Source of the DNA: Paragordius varius
Lineage: Eukaryota > Animalia > Nematomorpha
Reading direction: 5' to 3'
DNA: 64,000 nucleotides
NCBI GenBank assembly: GCA_964247055.1
Contig: OZ176056.1
Span: 7,564,001 to 7,628,000 of the forward strand
The notes beneath the pieces are model-generated. The model was not told where the DNA came from. It made no database searches and saw only the letters and a program-made list of their open reading frames with translations. Numbering within the stretch: the first letter of the stretch is position 1; each line of letters begins with the position of its first letter. Positions 12,701 to 24,400 of this stretch are shown in pieces. The position numbers were made by a program, and so were the translations under genes.

Positions 12701-12907
12701 CACAAATGAATGAACCGTTAGAAAAATTATCACGTGTTTTTTCGGTTTTGGCGCAAAACTTCTGTTTATTAGTTTCACATTTATTAATTTACGCAATTCA
12801 CTATACAGTGTATTCATTTTTAGAAAACCCATATATTTTATATTTTTTAAATAATTTGTAAACTAAATCATTTATTTATATATTGTATATCAAACAGGCA
12901 AAAAAAT

Positions 12908-15336
12908 TCAACAATATTTGAGAACTTTTGTTAATACTACTTCACCGCCTTCAAAAGGCACATATTGGGGTGGAGCTGAATAGCCCAAAATAAAATGCGT
13001 CATTATAAGGTATTTGTGAAGTTTAGGCTTTCCACCATTTAGAGTCATTTTAACGCCACGCGATGTTTGTTGTAATTTCATCTAAAAAATGTTATATCAC
13101 TAAATTTGATTTTATTTTAATTATTAAATATAATATGAAAAAAATCTATTGAAAAAAAATTTCTAACAATTTATAGTTTATACTAATTTTGGATTTTTTC
13201 CAACAAAACAAAAATTTAATTTCATAACTTCAAAAAATATTATCAAATTATTAAAAATATAAATATTACATATGTATAATCACGCATTTGTAGTGAAGTG
13301 CCTTGACCGGTGTACACATGGTACATGGTCACGTTACCCAAATCAAAAGTGTTTGGCCGAAGTTCAATAATGTTCTATAATAATATTTCCAAAAATAAAA
13401 AAATGTTTAATTTCTTATATAATTAATTTAAAAATACAGTGCAAAAATTAATATATACAGAGACAAAACGTAAAAACCAAACGATAATATATTTAAAAAT
13501 GACAACCATATTTTCACCTTGATATATGTTTTTGTGTTACAAAATTATAAATAGAGATTTGTAAATTGGTGCACACTCATTTTATATTATATATAGTTTA
13601 TGTAAGTAAAATCAAGGTTTGAAAAGTATAGTTGTCTGCTTTGCAAACATTTGTCTTTTAGTTATATTGCGTTTTGTCCGTATACTGCAACTATAATTTT
13701 ATGAAAAAGCAAACCTCTTTGCGTGCATATATGAGAACTTTGGGGAGCTGTTGAAAAGCCCTAAAAAAATTTCTGATGTCCTCGGGTTTAAAAACGACAA
13801 TTTGATTTCTGAATGCATCATACATTGTTTTAGTGTAATCTCCTTTAAGTCTCATTTCAATCGTGTTATTATTGCGAAAAAGTAGGATATTTCTACATAT
13901 AAACAAAAAGGTGTTTTTTATTCACTAATATACAGTAAAAATTGAAATTATACAAACAAAGCGTAACAACATAAAGACAAATATTTTTTTCAAAAGACAA
14001 CCATGCTTTTTAAATATTTTTTTCTATTAAACTATGTTGATTCAAATACCAATTTGAATCTCTAATTAATACTTTTTGTATTTAAAAAACAAGCTTTAGA
14101 AGTTACAGCGATCATTTGAACGTAATTATTTGTCTTTATATTCTAACGTTTTGTCCGTATAATTTTATTTTTACTATACCATTTACAATTCAAAGTCACC
14201 ATTTAACAGTTCGGATTTACCCTTGAACAATCCAAACATCCTCGTACAATTTAAATTCACCCTCTAATGAATTATATATTTTTTAAGATTAAAATTTACC
14301 TACATTTTTAAAAAATAAAATTTGGTTTTAAAATGAAATAGTAAAAAATAATAAATTATTCCATGAAGATATATTTCATATTAGTTATATTAGTTCGAAA
14401 ACACATAATCTATTTTTAGGGTGAATTTGAATTGTTCGAGGGCAAATTGCAATTGTTCAAGGGTGAATTTAAATTCTAAATGATATAATATCAAGTATAT
14501 TTTCTTAACGTTAATTTTATTTATACTATAACGATATAAAATATACTTTACTATTGAACCAGTTTTGGAATCCTGTACATTGTAGAATCCTGGCCGAGTT
14601 ATATCACATAAATCCTTATATTCACGCACTAATGAACCGAAATGGAGTAAAAATAAAAAATATACATTGACAAAATATAAATAGTAAAAGATGAATATTT
14701 TGTATAAAAAGTATCATATCATGAAAAATTTCATATTATTATTAAAAACCCATCTTTTTGAGTGGCAAAATATAGAAATAAATTTCCCATTTATAAATTT
14801 CACTTTGAAATCTTTTAGAGCCATATACAAAATTAATCAAATATATTTTTATAAAATATGATCTTTGAATTTTAATTTTTTTTATTTTTATTTTTAATTT
14901 TTACTGTAAAAGCCAGTAATTTTATATTGAAATTTTTGGGCATCCCTTAAAATTTAAAGGTTTACCTTTCTTGGTTCTATTCCTTGGGTTGTAATTAGCC
15001 TTGAGCTTTTTCATCACAAACACTACATAAATATATAAATTGAATTGGTTTTTTAGCAAAAAACATTGAAAATTGAAATATAATTCAATATATGCGAATA
15101 CTTACGTTTATCGGGTAAATAGGGGCCTTCACATGTTAACGCTAAACGAGAATTACATTACAATTATAGTAGAAATATTTTAAATTTAAGATCGTAAAAA
15201 TTATTTCCGCGCATTTAAAAAAAACCGATAATAATGAAAAATCTATCTTACTTTCGGGTTGATCGGGTTCATTTTTTTGAGCCCAACATACAAGGATTAA
15301 AGCAGTGGCAACGATATAAAAATATAAAAATTTCAT
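12908..15336 (-). CDS. Predicted secreted protein, 238 aa, family not recognised; exons 15336-15252, 15141-15106, 15022-14966, 14628-14547, 13892-13715, 13374-13270, 13081-12908
   Basis: All six introns are GT-AG with matching phases (1,1,1,2,0,0), giving 717 nt with a single terminal TGA. The N-terminus MKFLYFYIVATALILVCWAQ is a typical signal peptide. Three of the exons overlap entries in the ORF track. Confidence 0.8.
13933..14176. mobile_element. MITE family A copy (intronic)
   Basis: TA|CAGTAAAAATTGAAATTATAC ... GTCCGTATAATTTTATTTTTACTA|TA. Confidence 0.75.
14179..14483. mobile_element. MITE family B copy, abutting the family A copy
   Basis: TA|CCATTTACAATTCAAA ... GGGTGAATTTAAATTCTAAATGA|TA; it shares the TA at 14177-14178 with the upstream element. 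Confidence 0.75.
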
Positions 15337-16499
15337 CTTTAATAATTATATTTTTTTCAAAATTATAAAAAACGATATTAATCAAGAAAAAATTGATTAA
15401 ATAATTAAATTCACATAAAGATGTTTCGTGTGCAAATATTTGAATATATTTATAAGACAGGACAATCCTTCGTGCTTAATAGTAAGACTGACTACTCTCT
15501 ATGTAATTTTACAGTAGCAGGGTGTGAGGGTGTATAATTAAATTTTCATCACTATTTTTGTCTTCTCCTTATCTTGTCTTAAATAATCAAAATTGAGTAA
15601 ACTATGTTAAATTTTTTCAATGTTATAACAAGCAAAAAAACCTTGATTATCGATAGCTAAGGTAGGGGGCGACCTTTAACATTATATTAAGTTATCCTTG
15701 ATGTGAAAACTAAAAATAGGGTAGTATTATAATGTTAAAACACGCCGTCCTTGGCATCATTACAATAAATTTCAAGACATTGCTTTTTAGCAATAATAAA
15801 TAATTTAAAATTACATAATATTGGAATGAAAATTTTCTTACCCATCGGGTTTGTTTAATCAAATATTAGCTTATCCTTGATATAAATATTAGGTAGGAGA
15901 GAAGCATTAACACTAATATAAAAACCTTGTAGAACAAATAACGGTTATTTTATTTGACATCAAGGGCAAACATAAAAATTTGATCGGGTGTTGGACATTA
16001 ATATATTTATCACATAATACCGTTGACACTCAAGGAAATTCATAGCTGCTTTTTCAAAATTCATAGTACAGGGTTAGGGTTTAACCGCTAAAGAGAAGAA
16101 TAACATTAACGGATTCAGATGTCAAATTTATGGAAACCATAAAGATTAATGTTTGCCGTTTAAATTAGAATTTATCATTCTAACTAAATATTAAAAATAA
16201 GGTTTGATGTAATTTCCAAGAAAACTTTCTAAACTTTTACAAATTCAAAAGCCGAGCACAACACATCTATATTTTCAAATTAGCTTTTCATCTACCCACA
16301 TATCTTTAGAAATTAGCTGTTTTTAAAATATAATCAACTCCCAAAAAATCGTTTTTTAAGAGAATGTCCAAAAAATAGATAGCCCCTTTAACTTGAATAA
16401 TAATATTATTTGTTAATGAGCCAAAGTCTCACTTAGATTGGACCCTTTCCCCACATTTTCTCAAGTTACTACAAAAATAATTTATAAATTAATCTAAAC

Positions 16500-18938
16500 C
16501 AGTGATACTCAAACCGCGGCCCGCGGGCCGCATGCGGCCCTAAGAGTGGTTTAAAATTGCCCTCTGACCATATTGATACTTAATTTATTTATTTTATTGT
16601 TAAATTTTTAAAATATACATAAATGGATTTTCGCTTATTTTAATATTAATTAATTACTTCAGATTTAATTTTGGTAATTATTATTTTTTACCCAATTCGA
16701 AATGTAGAAAATTTCCTACATTAAAATGATTTCAAAATTTTGGCACACGTTGTTTCTGTTTCTACATTCTATTTTCTTTTCTATTTTGAAATTATTGCAT
16801 TACTTTTTTGCATTTAAGCAAGCCTTTCACCCAAACTTGCATATATATTCTTTTCATTGCTATAATGCATCTTTTTTTATAGCTCATCCCTATAAAATAT
16901 TTTTCAAATCAACATCATTAATTTTCGACTATTTTATGGCATAATTCAAATTATATTCCTTTTTTTAAAAAAATTTACATAATATTTAAACATAATTTTA
17001 AAGGATGACTTGTAATGTTAAAAAACGTAATCCAATAAAAATCGCTCCTTTGAGAATGTAAGAAAAATTCTTTGTCGTTTTAAATAAAAATGTTGTTACC
17101 TGCCTAATATGAAAGGACAACATAATTAAAATACAATTTTTAAAAACATTTTACACTCCATCATTTTGACTAATTACTAGAACATGAGCAAAGAAACGAA
17201 AAAAAGGATCAAGGAATTAAACCAGAAAGAAAACTCCATTACCATAACTTTTTCCAGAAAAAAGCTGTAGCATTAGCTTCGAATGAAATTTGCTATATTT
17301 TAGGAAAAATATGAAACCGTTTACTGATTCCCAACTAATCAAAGAATGTCTAATAAATGGTTGTACTTTTTTCGTTTGATAAATTCCATAATAAAGATTA
17401 AATCATGAAACAAATTAAAAAACTTCAACTTTTTAATTCAACTGCTCCACGCATTAAAGATATGTCTAAATATATTTACAATACATTATTGCCCTTGAAA
17501 AACTGCAAATATTTTGGAAATGCTATTTATTCTAGCACTGATATTAGTTCAGCTCCTCAATGTGCGCTCTTTGTGAGAATTTGCAACGACAACATAATCA
17601 AAGAGGAATATTTAAAATTTTTACCAATGAATAATACCACGAAAGGCAATGATTTTCTCGAAAAAATTAGCACTTTTTTTTCTATATGGTATATCTATGG
17701 AAAAAGTAACGATCTGCACAAATGGCTGTCCCTCTATGATTATAAACAAAGGATTTATTCTTCTTTTGAAAAGCAAATATAATTTGCAAAATATTTTATC
17801 CTTTCAATGCTTAATTCATCAGGAAAACTTGGTTTACTGTGTAAAAGATGAATCACTCAATTCAGTAATTAAAGTTGTGGATATAGTTAATCACATCCGT
17901 GGCAGAGAATTCAACCGCCTTATATTCAAAAACCTTATGAAAGATATTCAGAGTGAGTTTGACAATATTTTTTTATACACCGCTGTGAGAGATGGTTAAG
18001 CCTTTAAGTATTAAATATATTTTGTTTTAAGACATAAAATTCTATTATTTATAAAAGATAACAGAAAGTTTGACGAGGAAATTAATAGTACGAATAATAT
18101 ATTTTATTATCCTACCTTTGCCACATTACTTATAAACTAATATTTTTAATAAAAGTCTTCAAGGGAGCAATATATCAACCCAATTAGCTAATCAAATATT
18201 TGCCTTTAAAGAAAAATTAATAATATATAAACAAGATTTTATAATAAAACACTCTATATTTTCCAATTAAAACGAGTCAGAAGAAATATGGAATTTACAG
18301 CGGAAATTAATTAAATAATAGACAATCATTTAACATTTTATGTAATGAGATTTAATTATTCAGATTTCAAGAAGGCATATGGATTATCCATTAAGCAATT
18401 TGAGCATTTCGGTTTTGATCCGGCGCATATCATTGAAGAATTCGTTTAAAAATGATTCTAATATGGAGGCTATATTCAAGGAGAATCGTAGAGAAGAAAG
18501 TAGAGAGTTTTGGCAAGATGTGCCAAATAAATATGAAAATATAAAAAAAATGTGCCCAAGTTATCCTAACTGTTTTTCAATCAACTTACACGTGTGAGAC
18601 GGCATATCCAAAAATGAAATATGGCAAGAAATATAGAAATCGCTTAACCGATTAGACGACATATTAGATTATCCTGTCTTGAGGAGAAACCAAATTTGTC
18701 AAAAATTATTGGTTAATATCAAAATAAATGTTGTTAATATATTAATTTTTTAAACTAAATGATGCAAAACGAGTTTTTGCTGGATGCGATCCGCGAAAAT
18801 TTTTTTGTGCTGATTTAGAGCATTAATATGTGCATATGTGTCAAATAGCTATGAAATATTTTCCATTATAAGGTTATGGCCCTTGAAATAAAAATATATT
18901 ATATTTGGCCCGTAAATTTTTTTTGGTGATTATCACTG
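16500..18938 (+). mobile_element. hAT DNA transposon (Buster/Charlie/SPIN-type, GTF2IRD2-like transposase), frameshifted and stop-riddled
   Basis: Perfect 8-bp TSD ATCTAAAC (16492-16499 and 18939-18946) with a central TA. TIRs are CAGTGATA(C/A)TCA and a GCGGCCCGCGGGCCGCATGCGGCCC subterminal motif is present. Broken ORFs retain STDISSAPQCALFVR, ICTNGCPSM, CLIHQE and LYTAVR motifs. Confidence 0.92.
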
Positions 18939-19269
18939 ATCTAAACTATGACATCATCTGAGGTATTAACGTGTAGGCCTATAAAAAAATCAAAAAAAAT
19001 ATTTTTTATTTATAGAAACTTTTTTCCATTCCAGATAAAAGTTGTGAAATGATATAAAATCTATCACTAAATTTATCTCGGCGCATTGATAATAATTTAT
19101 TATTATACATATAGTTAGGCTTTTTAATCTAATGGCACACCAAATTAAACGCATGAATGGAAAACTCATTTTTCTGTAAGAAATATGTCAAAGTTTCAAC
19201 CAGATTGATATCAAATAAAACAATAAGGATGTCATATGTAGAATATAATAATGTATAATATCGATTTTA

Positions 19270-19493
19270 CAGTCATGTATCCTTTATTTTATCAAAAATT
19301 ATTTTCTTTGCTTAAATGGGTATAAATATTTGTTTAAGAATGGAAAAAACAAGAACTCTTTGGTAATAACAATATCATATTCATTAAAAAAGTATAAGAA
19401 TTACCATAGAGCTCTTTTGCATTCTTTACCAAATATTTATACCCATTTAATGAAAGAAAATAAATTTTTGATAAAATAAAGGATACATGACTG
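19270..19493. mobile_element. Tc1/mariner-type MITE (~80-bp TIRs)
   Basis: TA|CAGTCATGTATCCTTTATTTTATCAAAAATT ... AATTTTTGATAAAATAAAGGATACATGACTG|TA. Confidence 0.85.
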
Positions 19494-20628
19494 TAATAAA
19501 TTAAAATAATTTGAAAGAATCGATTTGTAGGATACATACGCTTAAAATTACCAAAGAATAGACATCTTTTTTATGGATGTGCGTTTGTGAAACCTAAAAG
19601 TTAAATACAATATAAAAGATATATACATTATTTTATCTTATATGATAAGGGCCGTGGTCTATTTAGGTTTTGTTAAATAAATATATATGATAATATATGG
19701 CTAACTCTTTAATATGTTTTCTAGTTTATTAGTTGAGGCCTTTTTTAAAAAATATATGGAAAAAATGGTCTACAGACTCGTTCTCAACTCTTACTTTGTT
19801 CACTCCACACCAAATCCAAAAAATTTTGCCTGCTCCCATCCTCTAAAAAAACAAAGATTAAAATGCAAAATTATATTATAATATCATTTAAATCATAATA
19901 ATCAATATAAGATCCTAATTGTTAAAATATTTATTCCAATCGGGGACAAATTTTGATAAATGACAGCTGAGATTTTTATTAACAGGCTGTGAATAAGTAT
20001 CACACAAAATACGTCGATGCAAAAGATATCAGTATACGTAAAGCAAATTGAGTTAATAATGGATACCGATGCGCGCTTTAATATTTTTCAATTTATTAAG
20101 ATTAACAAAGTGATTTTTAATATTTAAATCATATTTAAAACTTTATGCCCTTTGCCATACTTCCAAAAAAGTTGAATAAACCAATTATCAATTAATAGTA
20201 AACATTATGCTCGTTTCTTCAAATTTTTCATATCTCACCCTAGATTTTTCTAGGCTCTCGTTATGGATCGTTTTCCCCTTTTTGGGATTTACAGAGAACT
20301 AATAAATTCATAAAAGTTGACATAAAAAAATATCTAAGATCTAATACCCAATGCGGATTTCCAACTATTTCGTTGAACAAACTTTAATACGTCTGCTTAG
20401 GATGAAAATGATTTATAATAAACACAAAAAAATTTGAGTATTATAAATATTTCAGTAAGTCATCGAATCATATATATTAACTTGGCATAATGTACGATGC
20501 GGATCTCTGTGCGAGTGGAAGTTTTATAAAGAAGTTAATGAAAATATAATAAAATTTATTGAATTTTTTTTATCACAAATAATTTTAAAAAAACTTGCTG
20601 GTCACAGTCTGATATTTATGAATGGACG

Positions 20629-20660
<32 letters not shown>

Positions 20661-20820
20661 CTATATTTGCGGACCTTACACTAAATTTTAGATCTAACAT
20701 AATAAAAATAATTTTAATTAAAATATATTTTATTTCTAATTTAAATATTTAATAAAATACCAGGAATTCATATTTAATGGAAATTAAAGATTTGTACAAA
20801 TTTATTATATTATTTATAGG

Positions 20821-21373
20821 TTATAGCCAATTTTCTGTTTCATTTTGTATATTTTTTATCGTTACTGTTGTTTGATTTCCAGATTTTAATGCTTTATCTA
20901 ACATCTATATAATATAAATTAAATGGGTAAACCATTAATTTTAATAAAGGAGGTATCTCGATTGTATCCTTATAATTGGGAACAAAAGGAGAAGCGTCTT
21001 TTGAAGGTACATACAATTTTTCCAAATGTTTTGGAATTAAAAACCAATCCGGTATGAATGCCTTTGAGATTTTTTGATTAGATTCAATTTTATCTAAAAC
21101 GGAAAAATAAAAAAACTTTTTACTTCGATAGCACACATCCGCAATAACTTTACCGTATTTCAAATCCTAGATGATTATTAAACTTATTACCTTATCAAGT
21201 AGATTTGGGGCAGCATATTTAATAAAAATAAATGATTTTTCCGGGTATTTTTGCCAAGAAAAACGTCCAAACATTCGATCAACTCCAAAATTTTTTAAAT
21301 TAACCAAAATTTCAAACAAAGATTTCCCCTTATATTTGTATAGCGGTTCTCCAATCTTTTTTATTCGAGGCAT
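20821..21373 (-). CDS. MRPS34: Mitochondrial ribosomal protein S34 (mS34), 156 aa; exons 21373-21191, 21166-21124, 21093-20933, 20904-20821
   Basis: KGKSLFEILVNLKNFGV, KYPEKSF, DWFLIPKH and IPPLLKLM match recalled mS34 motifs. A complete ORF ending ...ETENWL* needs three GT-AG introns of 24, 30 and 28 nt. Confidence 0.85.
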
Positions 21374-21423
21374 GGAATTTTTTTACATGTGCTTTTTAAA
21401 ACATATGCGGCATATTTTAGGGT

Positions 21424-24400
21424 ATGATGAATCTCAATACTCGCAACAAAGAGGATAATATTTTAAACAAAATCGCTACCCTAGGTCGCAGACGTAAGCT
21501 TAAAGAAGGTATTTTTATTCAAAATTATCCTTTTAATTTAGCCCAGGAAGTTGAAAATTTATTGCAACAAGGTTATGTTGCAATTGACCAGCCTAAAACA
21601 CAGTTTGACGCCCTTAATCCTTCCGAGTTTATATTAGGTACAATTCTTATTTGAGTTTTTTTTTAATTTTTTGTTTTGGAAAACTTTTTTTTTATTAAAA
21701 TTAGAAAATAATGAAGAACGATGGATGATAGATCCTAAATCTAGAATGGAACCGAATGTGCAATATCTACTAAAAGTATTATGGATTTTATATAATTTTT
21801 TTAAGATTATGTTCTCATGGTATTTTGTTGAAATATATTCTAAAAGTTATCACATTTAATAAATTTATATATATATTAATCAAAACTTTAAATTTATAGC
21901 TTTATAATTTTTTTTAGAAACTATTTCAAAAATTCATAATAAAAATTTCTTATGCATTAAAAATAATTATTATTATTTCTCCCCGATAATATAATTATGC
22001 AATCTAGTATTTCCCATTATAAAAAAATAGATTGTAAACTTAAAGAAAGGTATTTTTACAATTTTTTATATTTCAAAAATGAATATCACAGAACTTTTTT
22101 AGTAATGTAAATAATTACCTAAAACATATAATTTTAATTTTAAATCAAAAAATATTTTTTAAAAGACAACGTGTCCATACTTTTTCAAACCTCAATTTTT
22201 ATATGAATAACCAATAGTTTTGGGTTTCAAAATTAGGAATATAAATGTGAATTGGTTTAATTTAAACAAAATATACTACTTGTCATATAGTTATATTAAA
22301 TTATTAAACATTCACATTTCTTTATGATAATGATATAGTATTTAAATGTTTTATTTTTAATATTTTTAGGTCCTTATCGATTGGATAAATGATACATTGT
22401 ATAAAACGGAAAGAATTTTAGTCAAGGATTTAGAGGAGGATTTATACGATGGCCAAATACTAGGAAAATTATATGGTATGATGGTAAAATAATATAGAAT
22501 GCGTATTTCTAACAATTACAGTAAAATATTGAATCATACAGATACGAATTGTAAAAAACAAATCAAAACGAGACAAATATTCTATTTGAAAAGACAACCG
22601 TACTTTTTTATTCTACATAAATTATTCAATTTCTATATATATATTTGATTGAATTACCAAGACACATTTCAATTTCTTTTATCTGCAATCTAAAATGATA
22701 AAAGTTATATTAAAAATAAGTGTAAGATATAGATATTCTTTCTAAAAATATATTTGTGGTTATATTTTAACCGGTTAATTTTAATATTATAGTAATTACA
22801 TATACAATCAATTTTGCAATTTCAAATGCCGTTTAAGAATTCTCTCTTATTTGGTTTTAATGTGTTTTCTTTTAAAATTCATGCAATTTTTTTTCAAAAT
22901 TATTTCTATATTCCATCAAAAGCGATGTCTTTTTTTTAAAAATTAGTTTTTTGTCAACTTTCCATGTTTTAATATGAATCAATTAAAGACAAGTATTTTT
23001 TTTATAAAAAGACAACCATGCTTTTTCAAACCTTAAATTTTTCCATACAAATTATTTAATTACAATTGTAAAATATATAATAATTGTATTACCAATTTTC
23101 ATCTACATTTTATACTTACCAGTTTAAAACAATCAGAGTTAATGAAAAAATCAAAAATTAAAAATTATGGTTGGCTTTTTAAAAATATGTTTGTCTATAT
23201 ATATTTCTACGTTCTGTCCGTATAATTTCAATTTTTATTGGATAAATCTTTGGGTATTTTTACGTTTTGTTTTAATATAATTTTAAGTTAGTCCGTATAA
23301 TTTCAATTTTTACTGGATTGGTGGTTACTTTTAGAATTTTTACATTTATCTGTTTACAATTTTAATTAATTTTTTTATTCTTATAAATAATAACCCAGAA
23401 AACTTAACTCAAACTAAACTTGAAACGATTGAACTTACCCAATCAGAAGAAAGGCAAAGGCAAAAACTACAAATTGTAACGGAAAAAATTGATCAGCTCC
23501 TTTCCATGCCCTATGAACATAACGAATGGACACCTGATGGTACTTTTTGCTTTTTCAATTAATTTTGTTTCATTAAACTTTTTTTGAACTTATTTGTGGT
23601 TTTAAGGTATTTTTTGCATTTTAAAATAAAGTTTTGTTAGTTTTAACATTTTCTACGATTTTTTAATATCATTATCAGAAATTTTATAAAAATAATAATT
23701 GTTCAAACCTTAAAAAACATTAAAAGTTTATACTAGACTAGTAATTTATTGCATTCCATTTATTTACAAATATAATTTTTGTGCTTATATTTTTATTATA
23801 TTAAAGGGCATTATAATCATTTTACATTTAAATTTCAGTATTTTTTTAGTATTTAAAAAGATATACAAATTATTAAAATTTTTTTTATTTTAAATTATGC
23901 TTAAATAGAAAAACAACAAATTTTTGTAATTTTTATACTTTAACTAGCGTAAATCTCGTGCTGCTACGCAGTCGAAGTCCTTCGGACTTCTGGGGGGGGG
24001 GGTATTTGAAAAAAAGGGACAAAAAAATGATCTACATATGTGGATTATTTCGAAACATTATTTACTAACTATGATCTCATAGGAATTTTAAAACGGTGCA
24101 CTCATACTAATATATTGTTTACTTGGGCGAAAGATTCAAAAAATTATTTTTGTGGACTTTGTTTTTTGAAAAAATGGCATTTCACGGGGGGAGCGGGTAA
24201 AAAGAGGGCCTAAATTAAAAAAGCGAGCCGACTATGTTCGGCGCAATCGAAAATAAGTAAACAAAAATCATATTTGATATTGAATGGTCCAACACGTTCT
24301 CCAGGAAATTGTATCAAAGACACCATTTTTGTGGACTTATGTTTTTTAAAAAAAACCGTTTTTTACACGGGGTGGGCCCGAACTGGGGGCCTATTTCACA

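Noticed and set aside
19750-20530. GC-richer patch possibly derived from a retroelement
   Set aside because: Only vague motif resemblance in broken frames; I cannot support a call.
21167-21190. Stop-codon readthrough or recoding of TAG in MRPS34 instead of splicing
   Set aside because: Readthrough would add 8 residues plus the recoded codon's position relative to recalled mS34. The segment has GT-AG ends, and TAG/TAA/TGA behave as ordinary stops elsewhere. Less parsimonious, but only cDNA can exclude it.
21171-21458. 95-aa + strand ORF (similarly 43641-43904 +, 48835-49044 -, 24471-24686 -)
   Set aside because: These are antisense or alternate-frame shadows of MRPS34, beta-TrCP and parvin exons.
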